Both the position numbers and the translations under genes were made by a program. The notes beneath the pieces are model-generated. The model did no database searches. It saw only the letters and a list, made by a program, of their open reading frames with translations, and was not told the origin of the DNA. Below, one piece after another: positions 25,385-37,130 of a stretch of 64,000 nucleotides of DNA (the first letter of the stretch is position 1; every line of letters starts with the position of its first letter). Location: assembly GCA_003427395.1 (NCBI GenBank), contig BFEA01000007.1, positions 4,050,601 through 4,114,600 on the forward strand. The letters run 5' to 3'. Origin of the DNA: Chara braunii (Eukaryota > Plantae > Charophyceae).

Positions 25385-25525
25385 CGCTGCAAAATTTCGA
25401 CAGCGTTTTTGCAGTACCGCCGTAAACCAGCGATGTTGCCGCAAAATTTCGGCAGCGCTCCCGCCGTACCGCCAAGAAAACCAGCGATGCTGCCGCAAAA
25501 TTTCGGCAGCACTTCCGCCGTACGT
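25385..25525. repeat. Short ~58-bp tandem repeat
   Basis: AAACCAGCGATG.TGCCGCAAAATTTCGGCAGC..T.CCGCCGTAC twice plus a partial unit. Confidence 0.75.
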
Positions 25526-26586
25526 CAACAAAACCCGGTGTTGCCGACGTCGTTTGAACTGAGCAGCAGACTGTTGAGTTCAACAGTCTGCAGTCTCATC
25601 AAAGCCCAGATGCTTCAAACACTGCATTTGGGTCTGCGTCCTGGCCAAATTCGCGACGTTCCCGTCTCCCAACTTTCCTTTCTCCTTCTTCTTCATATCC
25701 CTGTATCCAATCTACCCCTGCGGCCACTTACGTAGCCGCCACCTTTTTTTTTTTTTTTTCTCTCTTTTTCCCCCCCTCTAACTCAACTTTTCAAAACGCG
25801 CCCGCACCTGGGTACCAATAGTGCGAGGTTCGGGCGACGACAGACAGCTGCTGCCCGTTCTCAATCATGAACGGGCGCAGTTGTCCATGCTTGCGTTGCT
25901 GAGGGGGAGGGGAACTAATAAAAAAAAAAAAAAAAAAAAAATCTCAACAAAAAAACAAAAACAAAAAAAGGAAAAACTTACCAGGGCAAGGGAAGCGACT
26001 TACTTCAGGCGAGTCTCCAGGCGTTACCATGTAAGGTCCACGTTCCACCTCCCCTTCTCTCTCTCTCTCTCTCTTTGAAACCCCCGAATGTGGCCGCTCT
26101 GGGCGGCAGATTAATTCGCCCATCCGCAGATGGGCTGTCGGGGCACAGCCCCCTAATGAGTCCGTGGAAGTCCGACTAAACAGTCTGGCGCAGCTAGACT
26201 TTGTTCGTTCGAAGGGAACGGGCACTTACTAAAAAAGAAAAAAAAAGGAAAAAAAATAATAATCTAAACAAAATCTAAGCCGTGAATTAAAAAAAAAAAA
26301 ATCTAAGCAATATCTAAAAAAAATAAAAAACAAAAAGGGACTACCTTAAGAAAAAACGGTCGCCCGTGAAACTGTTTGGTGTACTGGGGTTGAAAAGCCC
26401 CAGTCACTTCACGATGCGCCACATGACGCTGTATTTCTTAGTTTTTAGTTTTTAGTTTTAGTTTTTTTTTCTAATTCCCGTTGCCTTAAGCCAACGGTCT
26501 CGTCACATCGTGGGGTCACCCACAAATTGTTGAATACAGACCTGCGTTCGATCCCTGATGGGAAAAAAAAAAAGAAAAAAAAAAAA

Positions 26587-26638
26587 GACCATTTCTCGAT
26601 TTATGCGTGTCATCCTTGCGCATGGGCCATGCTAATCT
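26587..26638 (-). pseudogene. U6: U6 snRNA 3' half (52 nt) followed by a T tract
   Basis: Minus strand AGATTAGCATGGCCCATGCGCAAGGATGACACGCATAAATCGAGAAATGGTC matches the plant U6 sequence as I recall it, with one substitution. The 5' stem-loop and ACAGAGA box are absent. Confidence 0.92.
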
Positions 26639-26722
26639 CGACGCGGATGATTTCAGGCGCGCGATCTCGAAGATTGCACGGTCGAATATCGGTCGCGCCC
26701 TTCCTCACTTCGTGGCTGCTCC

Positions 26723-26814
26723 AAAAGGAGCTAGCCCAGTAGTGCGGTTAGTCAGATTCGATCCCTGTGCCTGCAGGGTAATAGTTAGGCAGCGGTATCT
26801 ACTGGGCTAGCTCC
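26723..26814 (-). ncRNA. Putative Pol III hairpin small RNA (~92 nt), divergent family member
   Basis: ATATAGAA upstream. Perfect 16-bp terminal stem GGAGCTAGCCCAGTAG/CTACTGGGCTAGCTCC. AGGGATCGAATCTG identical to the 19-kb copy. T4 run. The central sequence is unrelated to the other copies. Confidence 0.65.
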
Positions 26815-29480
26815 TCATATCAAGAGAGGAGCCGCCCTTCTATATGAAGGGTTGCCAATGCCCAGCAGACCCCCGTCCAACGCCTAACCGGCGGCGCCTG
26901 CCAAACCCGCTTGCTACCGTGGCTGGCAGGCGGGAACAACTGCCGACAGCCTTAGCAGCTGCCCTACCCAGCCGGCCCCAACACCTTCGCCCCCGGTCCT
27001 CGGCACAAAGGTCCCGTGGACCCCAAAACTATTCCTTCACGTTGCGGTCCAACCTTACTGCTGCGACCCCTTTTTAGCCCGTTTAGGCTCCGAATCGCGC
27101 GACTTAACAGTCGCGCGACCTTATTATAGGTATGATAGGTTTAACTTTAATGTTCTCATTTCCGCGCGCCTCTGCGCGCACGCCAAGCGAAACGTTGCCT
27201 TTCACATGCGCTTCTTATGGACGCAACATGCGTCCAAGCCAGAATTCGAAACTTTTAATCTTTCAGTCATAGGTCAGGATTGAATAAACTTTTTGCAGAT
27301 AACCCATCTCATAAAGTTATGAAGCCCGAATAACCATTTTCTAAGTCGGACATCGTCCGCCATTTAAAATACCGGGCAGATACCCTTGTCAGGGTTTCTG
27401 CCCTGACACCGTCATTGACCATGGTCTAAAAAGGCCCAAATACTTTCCTCCTTCTTAGTAGTAATGTAGTCACCATTCCTCAAAGGGGTAGGTGACAACA
27501 CGCCACTATGGACCAGGAACATAGTTCCGGCGCGGGTCTCACTACTACTTTAGAAGATGATTTTATAGCTCCTTCAAGCCATATTTAAGGGAAAGGATAA
27601 CTTAGGATTGCAACTCCCTTAACAGCAGATTCTGCACATTGACATCCTCTTCAGAGAATCTCTCCTCCCAAGAGGACGGTCACTCCATTCATCTTCGACT
27701 CCTCGTCGAACGTGGATTCTGCGTAACATTTCTATTCTTTATATGGAGAGCAATCCAGTCATATAGATTATAGTGAATAGACATAAACGGACAGTCATAT
27801 GTGATTACCTCATAAGGATGGATCAAGACGCACAATCTTAAAAGCTCGGATGGGTAACTTAGGCGAGTAATCCTGAATAAAAATGCGTCCGGTAAATAGA
27901 CTCATATGAATAGTATTAAATAGACTCGACTGACGCGGATGGATAAATTTTCATAGATAACTCAACTGAATGGCCTTAAACGGAAGAACTTTAAGCGCTT
28001 AGATTCAAATGGATATGTTCAGGTCGATGGTGTCGAACTAGCTGAGTTCCAACAGATAGCCTTTTACCTGAATTTTGTCACCAAGTAAAGCATAAATGTG
28101 ATGATTTAACATCATTGCCAAACTCCTTACTGCCTTACTGACCGTACTTAAGATCAAGAGTCTTAGGCTGTCCCTTTATAGACGAAACCAACCTCTAAAT
28201 GTTTCTCAAAGATGGACTCAGCCCTATATCGACTTTTTCCTAAAACATGACTTTTATTAAGAACCCATAGCAAATGAAGGTCCTCAATGAAACTATTCAC
28301 TTTCGGTCCTCCTTGTATCCCTGGATATGTTTCTGACTTATTACTAAGTACTAAAATCACCATAGTCCATCTATCGGTACCTATGTCACGACCGGAGGAA
28401 AAAATACGCCTGCTCAGGATACAAATTCACAAAGTTTACCCTACGCTTATTCAGATAGGTCATTCCTGATAAGGTGCCAATAACTTCTACCACCCTTTTT
28501 CTATCTTTCCAGATGGATGTCCCCTCCATTATGAGAACTGTTATTGACAAAGGGAGAAGTACACAAGTCATCGAGATCTACTCCCCCGCGAGGGTGTTTT
28601 TGTCTGATGACCTAGACAAGTAAATCATATTCCCAGGAGATTGCGTTCGCTCGCATAGATCTACCAGATGTCGGCGCAATCTTAATCTCTTTCACTTCTC
28701 CTCTTCCTCCTCTTCTCCCTTTCGCTCATTTTTCCCTTGTCAAATCAATAGGTTTTTCAACTGCCTTTCCTTGCCGACCGCCTCTTCCCCTTTCAGTTTT
28801 TGCCTTACGTGGCATGGCCGAAGGGATGAGACACCTACAGTAGTTTTGAACTTTCTAATGCTTTATGTATAAGGACGTGTATCTCTACAAAAGAATGAAG
28901 GCTTCAGAAGTATGCGAGATTGTCGTAGGGGCGGAAAAGCATTACAAGCAGAGAAGAATACCGTAATAGAAACACCTTCCAGACAGACTTCATGAACCTT
29001 CTTGCTACCCTTACTGACTTGTTTTTAAAAGACTTCGCAATCTTTGATCGCTACTCTCTATATTACTTTTCTAACCTGATATGGGATTAACTATGACCTC
29101 GGGCAAGCCATAGAAGGACAGACTAATATTCATAAAGTACGGTAGGCTATATACTTTAAATTGTACTCGCCCCATCTCATGAAATCCACCCTAGATAAAA
29201 ACTCACAATAGACTGACAATTAACCTTAGTAGTCCCTTTATCATCTAAATAGAGGTTGTACACTACCCTATCTTTCGTTTGTCGTTTTGTTAGGGCTTCA
29301 TTTAACCAGACCCAGGTCCGTTCACATAGGACCCCGGCAGGCAACTGAAGGTCCTCGGCAACAGCGCCACCTGTCGTGTGCGGCGGTCCGACGCCCTGAT
29401 GGAGAGCGCTGAACCTGACGGTCGTGTCACGCAGGACGTTTCGCCTGAAAAGAACCATTCACCACTCCGCCCGTGCGCCC

Positions 29481-29640
29481 GTGCTATACCTCTCACGACG
29501 CCCTGCGATATGTCAGGACGTCGCGAGGTACAACTTACCTCTACCCAAGGGGCTGTCACCACCCTTAGGTAGGCGTATCCCTGCTGACCTACCGGCCCAC
29601 ATGCGAAGGCTTTTACATGCCTTTGTAGAGGTAGGTCGGT
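29481..29640. other. Conserved multi-stem motif, copy 3
   Basis: TACCTC..CGACGCCCTG/CAGGACGTCG..GAGGTA stem. TTACCTCTAC/GTAGAGGTAG closes three inner stems. Confidence 0.65.
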
Positions 29641-32183
29641 CGAGGTCGTTTCGACGACGCACTCAATCACTTCCATTGTAACTTTTGCAGCGAAGTTCTC
29701 ACTGTAGTTTTGCGCTAGATAACTTCTCACGCACCCACAGCGCACACCTCTTTCTTTTTTCTTCCCTTGCAGCGTGCGGCAATTCTGTATGACCCGTGTA
29801 TCCGTTCTCCTCTGTCTTCTCTAGTAGTCCGATCTTCTTGTTCTCAAACCTTCTTCTGATTTCCATCTTGCCACGCCGTACCTTCTGTCCTTCTTGCACC
29901 ATGCCTGCGGCACACAAAGGACAGGGAAGAGGAAGAGGTGGAAGAGTGGGGAAGACTCGTGAAGAGCCGCCACCTCGCGCAAGGTGTGAGTACAACACAA
30001 AGGAGGAAGGGAGGAGGTCCGAGGGTATGGCTATACAAAACCATACTCGCGCTACTCACTTGCTAGTTGGCACGGAAGAACTCTATCGCCGACAAAGATG
30101 GAGTATTTTCAGAAAAAGTTTTAGGTGCGTTATGGCGCCCCAAGCCTCTCCTCTCCTTCGTACTCCCAAAAACCCCACTACTCCCACGCCAACCAGGGCC
30201 CAAGTGACTGTACCGTCACCTTCTATCCCATGTGCCGTTTCTCCCTCTTCTCATCTTAATAATTATAATCTTTTTTGCATCTTCCTTCTTCTTTCTTTAC
30301 TTTAGATTGAGTTCATGACTTTCTTCTATATTCTGTATAAGCACGACTTTCTCTCGAATTTGTGAATCTTTTCCTTTCAAGTCTCCAGTTCATGTTACAC
30401 TTTATAACGTCCCTGGCTTGAGAGTTTGAATATCTTAAAGTTGGGGATGCAAGTTCCTTGTGAACCAAACCGCTTGTTGACCACCAAATAAATTTAGGAA
30501 GGATTTCTTATCCGCTGCTGTCTTGACTTGCAGCTGAACTTTTTCAGCGAAGAAGTTACCTTGTTCCTTGTCTTGACAATGATGCCAGTGATATTGTCCA
30601 AATGATATTAACATTGAGGACACTTATTATATCTGCCATGTTGGGGATAGAGTATACCAAACCCATTTTTTTGCTCTCTGGCCTGAGTGAGACGTCTTCT
30701 CAGCCTCTCAAGCATCCGAAGGGGATACCGAACCCCGTTCTCTTTCTCTGGTTGGAAACTTTAGATAAATCTGTTTAATCCTGCAAAACAACAATTATCA
30801 CAAACCACCAAACGTGATCCCAACATGCAAGTACCCTGACAAACAATCATCATGCAATAACTAAATAAAGATAAATAAAATGAAAACCCACAATAAAATA
30901 ATAAATAAAGTAACATAAACAGTTCCTCTCACCCAAGAGTTATCGATTGCCTTGGTTTTGACCTACTGCTGGCCAGGGTAACGGACCTTCCGTCAGCCTG
31001 ACGACCCTTGTTCGGCCCACCTCAGGCCGTGACTAATTAGACCATTTGTCTTGACAAACCCTTTAACATGCCTCCAGGTCAGGACCGCCATACCCACTAC
31101 TCGAGTAAAGTGACCCTTTCGCACACCTCACGCCAGGACACCCAGACTATAGTGGGTCTAGTCACCCTGTGACAGTAGACCTCCCGTTAGTCTAACTGTC
31201 TCGTACCCGGATTTGACCACTGCGGTCGGGGACCGACTCACCCACCAATTTTTGGCCTAGGGGGCTGACTGCCCCGCCCGGATTTCTGAACATGGGACCC
31301 GGTCTAACCACGGTTCCATGCTTTGGCAAACCTCACTAGATTGCATCCTTTGACCGCGGTGGGGTTCCAACTGACCCCTATTGCAACCTACTGCGGTCAG
31401 GCTCTGGTCAGCCTCGACAATCAATGCGTCTTTAGGTTAAAGAAGAAAATCTCAGGCACGAACAGTCAAACAAACATCTCAAGCCCATAGTCGGACAACC
31501 CATGCCCCAGATAACAGAACACACATTTCTTATGAGATGTCCCTTCAGTCTTAAGAGGCACTGAACAGCAACAGGCGACAACCGACAATGCACTTCCTAG
31601 ATACCTCACTTCAGTCTCGAGAAATGCAAAGTGCTGATAGAGAGGTTCCCTCCCTCATCTGAGAATACTCCCAAGAGACCTCCCGTCAGCCTCAAGGAAG
31701 TATAAAGATACTGGCCCTAGAGGTGTCTCTTCCCTCATCTGGGACAGACGATAAACAACTTAGTCAAGAAACGCGAAGTCCCCATGTTGACAACTCTCTG
31801 GTCAAGCAAGGTTGAACTTCTTTATGCCCATCTTCTTGATAGTTCTCTTAGACAGACAACCCAGTCAGAAGACACAAAGTCCTTCTACTTACAACTCTCT
31901 GGTAAGATAAAGTTGAACTTTATGCCCTTCAAATTTTCTCTTCATCATGAGATAAATACTGGTTATTCTTTGATTTGCCACAATCACGAATTCTTTGAAC
32001 CTAACATCACTGCAACTACTCCTTACAGTTGTCCCCTACTCAGGGATCTGATGCTCGTGGATCGACTGCGGGCCAGTATTCATGGCACTTTGATCTCATC
32101 GCCTCTTTCACTTATAGAACTAATGAAATTAGTTCAAAAGCAGAAACTAGTACAAATCATTTGAAAAATATTTCTCATATCTC

Positions 32184-33945
32184 TTATGTCAGAATTTGAC
32201 AAGCTACAAATTGACATACTGGATTGACAATGCAAGAGTAGTCAGTGTCTGGTGAAGTTTTTGTCTCTGCAGTGTCTCTTTGTCTTACTGTATTTCTCCC
32301 AGTTTTCTGAAGCATCTCTCTTACCAGATGGTTGACCTTTTTTTTTCTTTTCTTTGTGATCATAGTAGGGACCAAGTAAGGGTCTCTGAAGATAAACTTA
32401 CAAAATCTTGACCCTGACACCATATCATGAACTCTTGAACCATCCATCTCTGGTATCTCATAGACTTTGCCCTCTGCTTCACCTGTAATTTTGTAGGGAC
32501 CGAGCCATCTAGACTCCAATCGTTTATTTAGGTCACCGAGTCTCAAAAGAATTGTCAAAAAGGAGGACAACGTCACCAATCTTCAGTTTTTCTTTCCTTT
32601 CCATCTCTCTTGATCTGACAATCTGTTGGTTGTCATCCTTTCTACAACATCCATTATTGTCTGGTCAACTTTCGATAGCTGTCTCATTCTGATATGGAGA
32701 AGTTATAAAATAGAGTATTCTATGTCACTCTCTTGACTTGACCATGTTTTGATTATACTCTCAATAGACAGAGTCGCATACCGTCCATACCATAAAGTGA
32801 ATGGAGCATGGCCTGTGGTTCTCTTGATAATAATGTTGTCAGCATAGATTGCAACTCTCAATATTTTTTCCCAATTACTAAGGTTCCCTTCACACCATTT
32901 TGCCAATGAATATTTCAGAGTTCTCACAAGCGGTTAACGGGTAGCTGAAAATTCATGAATGAAAATTCTGAAGTGATAGTTTTGGGCAGCCTGAAAATCC
33001 CGAATGGTCCTGAAGTGGTGAAAGGTTCGAAGACCCTGAAAACCATCTGTTTAGAAAGGATGCATCCTGAAGTTGTGAAGTGATAGTTTAAGGCAGTCTG
33101 GAAATCCTGAATGGTCCTGAAGTGGTAAAAAGTCCGAAGACCCTAAAAACCACCTGTTTAGGTAGGTTGCATCCTGAAGTGGTGAAGGGTGTCCTAAAGT
33201 GGTGAGACGTCCAAAGACCCTGAAAACCACCTGTTTAGGCAGGCTGCATCTTGAAGTGATGAAGAGTGTCTTGAAGTGGTGATCAAAAATACAACTGTTG
33301 TCAACCTTCTCTCAGCGTTGTGTAACCTCTCTCGACTGGTGCATTTGTTTGAGGATGATAAGTAGTCACATGCCGAACTCTGACACCCAGTCTGAGAGTG
33401 GTCCTTCTTACAATCTCATTTCTGAGTTCAAAACCTCTGTCTTAGACAAACTCTTCGATAAAGGGATACCTGAGATATTCCTCCATCCAGTCAACCACTT
33501 GTTCGACTGTCTTCCTTTTCAGAGTCTTTGCCTCGACATATCCAAAGACATTATCTCTCATATTCAATATGTATCTCATACCACGTTTGTCTAGGGGCAT
33601 GGTAATGAGGTCCAAATGAACTTGGCTGCCTGACTCTACCAAGATAGTAAGAAATAAATGTTCAATCATCCTCGTTGTAGACCTCTTCTGACATAACACA
33701 CATGACTTACAAAATCTGTGAATCATGTCCCTTATGCCAGATCAGAAATATAGTTTAACTGTCTTGAGGTAGGTTGCTTCAACAACCCTATGACCACCAA
33801 TAACTTCTTCATGTAGAGCAACAATTATTTCTAGCTGTTTTTTTTTTCCCCGCAAACAACTCTCAGTGGAGGTAAACCTCCTTTGCCATCCATGAAGAGG
33901 TGACCTCTCTTTAGTCTGAACTTCTTTCTTGCATTTTTGCAATAA
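32184..33945 (-). pseudogene. Ty3/Gypsy integrase, decayed
   Basis: HHCC zinc finger (LHEEVIGGH...CKSCVLCQ), VHLDLITMP, YHPQTNAPVERG, TTGHAPFTLWYG, and GPY/F motif RWLGPYKI. Multiple stops and frameshifts. Confidence 0.9.
32925..33313. mobile_element. Small non-autonomous DNA element inside the integrase
   Basis: Ends CACAAGCGGTTA...CAACCTTCTCTC. Degenerate 8-bp TSD AGAGTTCT/AGCGTTGT. Internal TCCTGAAGTGGTGAA repeats. Removing it restores the integrase frame. Confidence 0.8.
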
Positions 33946-34329
33946 TATTCCTTTAGCCGTCCTCTCTCCATCTTCTTTCCTATTTTTTGGTAACTCCCAT
34001 CATATTCTTCAAATATGAATGATATCTTTTCCTCTTTCTTTTCAGCTTTTTCCTCATCCTTTGACCCATAACTTTCTTCTGTCTCATGGACATCTATAAC
34101 TGCTGCACTGACTTTAGCATACCAATCGTTTCGTTTTTCCTCTTCTTCTTTTTCAAGAATTAATTCATAGACGTAAGCATCAGGGATTTCTCCCCAGTTG
34201 TCTCTCTCTTCAGGCCATAAGCTCCGTTTATAGGAACTTGGAGTCTTATAATCTTCATCATCGTCTTTATTGAGGAAGTTATCAACATAGGCAGATTCTT
34301 CTATTGTCTCATTCATATCTTCATTTTCA

Positions 34330-34730
34330 TCCTTCCTCCATTCAATTCAGTTTAGGCCATCTGCCCGATTCTTTTTAGTGAGAATATTTTACAGTTTAAA
34401 ATTAAAAGTTCAAATGAAAGCAATTTATCTGCTTACTGTTGGATTTACTTGTTGATGTTTTTTAATAGCACCAATCACAGCGGATGCATAAGTCATCATG
34501 AAGAATTTTCTTTCAAGTACATAGTGTTTGAAGCATCTGAGACATTAGATGATTGTCAGTAGTTCTTTCATGAACTGGGTGTAACCTCCTTTTGTTGAGT
34601 TAAGAGTTCTACTCTAAAACCTCAGAGGTCTCTCTTTCCCATTCCCGTCCTTTTGAATGAGTACACCACCGAGAGCTACTGGTCCTCCATCTGCCTTAAT
34701 GATGAAGGGACTTCCCTATTCATCATCGTA
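34330..34730 (-). pseudogene. Ty3/Gypsy RNase H, decayed
   Basis: Manual translation FIIKADGGPVALGGVLIQKDGNGKERPLRF*SRTLN...KELLTII*CLRCFKHYV. Confidence 0.85.
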
Positions 34731-34779
34731 GAAAGACACTCTCAGTACTACACCCCCATCTTTTAATTTTTCTTGTAAG

Positions 34780-35950
34780 GTTTCCACAACAATCTGCCTT
34801 TTCTCAGTCCATGATAAATCTGCCCCTTGTCTTATCATCTCTCTTAGAGGCTCTGCAAGGGTAGCAAAGTAAGGAATAAAAATCATTCAGAATCCACAGA
34901 CACCCAAAAAACTCCTGATGTCTGTCACTCGTTTGAGGGGCAGAGACCAGTTCAAAATCTTGTTTATTCTCTTGGGTTCAGGACTCCTACCTTTGGAGAA
35001 ACATTTAAAACCTAAGATGATTACCTATGCTTAAAAGAAAAGGAACTTTGACCCACTAACAATCAGATTGTATTTCTGAAGTCTCTCTGGGACCAACTTT
35101 ACTCCTTCGGTATGCTCCCAGATAAGCCTTTTGACTCTATCAACGACCAAAACCTCATCTCTTACTATGGGTCCTTTCACGGCATTATCGTCAATACAGG
35201 GGCTGATTATTTCAGGATAAATATTCTGCATGACTTGGATCATGTCCCTTTGAACTATTGCCACACTATCGGTCCAACCTTGAGGCACCATGCACATCTG
35301 AATGAACCCTTTTCGCATGTGCATGACAGTCATCGGTCGACTAGTGGGATCAATGAAAAACTGATCATAGCCAGAATATAAATCGATTAAGGAATAAATG
35401 CATCGACCAACAAAAAAATCAAAAAATAGATCAGTATTAGAGAGACTACCTGCATGACGTACCGTCACCGAATTGAGTTTCTGAAGATTCTATATCCCTC
35501 CCAGTCCACCTCCTGGTTTCCAAAAACAAAATCAGTGGTTAGCATACGGTCCATCAGCAGGTTCAAGAACATTGAAGACAATCTGCTTATCTAGATACTT
35601 TACTACCTCTGCCTCCTCCTTCACGGTATACTTGGTTGGTCTGTCGTTCCATGAGATGTGATAAACTGTCCAAATTTTTGTCATCTTAATCATATTCACA
35701 TCCAACCGCCCTCTCTCTTTATCATTAAAGGAGAATGCACCAGAGAACTTTTGACACACTTTGAAGATATATTCTTTCTCTTTAGGCAAAATAAATTGAT
35801 ATGACCATATCTTCATTATGTCAAATTTTTCCCTTGTGACTCTTTTCCCCAATTTTGCAAACTCCCTTAATGCTTTCATGATTCTCTTTTCCCTCGTCAA
35901 TACCTCATCATAATTTTTTTTTATCAAGATTCTCACCGGGTTCTTTTTCA
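34780..35950 (-). pseudogene. Ty3/Gypsy reverse transcriptase, decayed
   Basis: IDLYSGYDQF, MVPQGW, PCIDD (YxDD decayed), IRSFLGVCGF. The domain order PR-RT-RH-INT is that of Ty3/Gypsy. Confidence 0.92.
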
Positions 35951-36280
35951 CCCCCTTGGGCTTATACTTTCTTTTTGACCCAGTGACTATTTTTCTAAAA
36001 AGAGATGAGTTGAAGCAAACTTTAATTTCATTTTCTCGCCCTTAGCAGTCTCAATAGCATTCGTAAAGGGTTCAATTTGTCCATTCTCATCTTTGATCTT
36101 GCCAAGAACTTTCATCATCTTTGAAATCTTATTAATATCAACTTAGACTTCCTCCTGGACATCTTGGGTGTCTTTTCTTTTTATCTTCCTTATCTTTTTA
36201 ACAGATTCATCCCTTCTGATTGAGTTAGTTGATACCTTATGCGTATAATGATCGGAAGTGCAGACCATAGAGGCCTGTTC

Positions 36281-37130
36281 CTATGCAGTCTCCGAATCTT
36301 GCAAGCCAATCCAAGACGACCCTTCATGACTAAAGAACTGAACAACTTTGATCACGTGCGAGGACATAGTGTCCATAATATATTCATGGTATAGGTTTGG
36401 CACCACGAATCCTAATAGTTCGACTGACATCATTCCAACCTTGATAGGCAAGTTGTCAATGGACCCTGCCACGAAGAGCTCTCCCGCAATATTACTTAGT
36501 ATTCGCTTTGAGGACCTATCAATGGTCAGGTCGCAGACTTCCATAGTCCTATCACAAGCGGTTATCGGGTAGGTGAAAATTCAGGAATGAAAATTCTGAA
36601 GTGAGAGTTTTGGGCAGTCTGAAAATCTTGAATGGTCCTGAAGTGGTGAAAGGTCCGAAGACCCTGAAAACCACCTGTTTAGGCAGACTGCATCCTAAAG
36701 TGGTGAAGGGTGTCCTGAAGTGGTCAAGTGATAGTTTTGGGCAATGTGAAAATCTTGAATGGTCCTGAAGTGGTGAAAGCTCCGAAGACCATGAAAACCA
36801 CCCTTCACCACTTGAGGATGCAGCCTGCCTAAACAGGTGGTATTCAGGGTCTTCGGAGTTTTCACCACTTCAGAAACATTCAGGATTTTCAAACTTGAAT
36901 GGTCCTGAAGTGGTGAAAGGTCCGAAGACCCTGAAAACCACCTTTCTAGGCAGGCTGCATCCTGAACCTTTTTAGGCAGGCTGCATCCCGAAGTGGTGAA
37001 GGGTGTCCTGAAGTGGTGATGAAAAATACGACTGTTATTAACCTTCTCTCAATCCTATGAGAGATGAGTATTATTTCTGCCCAGAGTTCACTAAGGCTCG
37101 GATTTTCACCTGATTAATATAGATAGTTAA
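36281..37130 (-). pseudogene. Aspartic protease, split by an insertion
   Basis: VKIRALVNSGAEII (decayed DSG motif) near 37070-37110, continuing as track ORF 36281-36544. Confidence 0.8.
36553..37050. mobile_element. Second copy of the same element, inside the protease
   Basis: Same ends. TSD AGTCCTAT/AATCCTAT. One internal unit is inverted (~36800-36890). Confidence 0.85.

Noticed and set aside
29530-29592. U1 snRNA-like words (ACTTACCT, AGGCGTATCC..TGCTGACC) in the structured motif
   Set aside because: No U1-70K or U1A loops and no Sm site. ACTTACCT is internal and paired in a stem, so this is probably coincidence.
26000-32100. 3' LTR and polypurine tract of the Gypsy element
   Set aside because: No direct repeat of the B terminus was found downstream of the integrase, so the element's 3' boundary is left uncalled.
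32940-33290. CRISPR-like regular repeats
   Set aside because: The intervening sequences are themselves repeated, there are no unique spacers and no cas genes, and the context is a eukaryotic TE.
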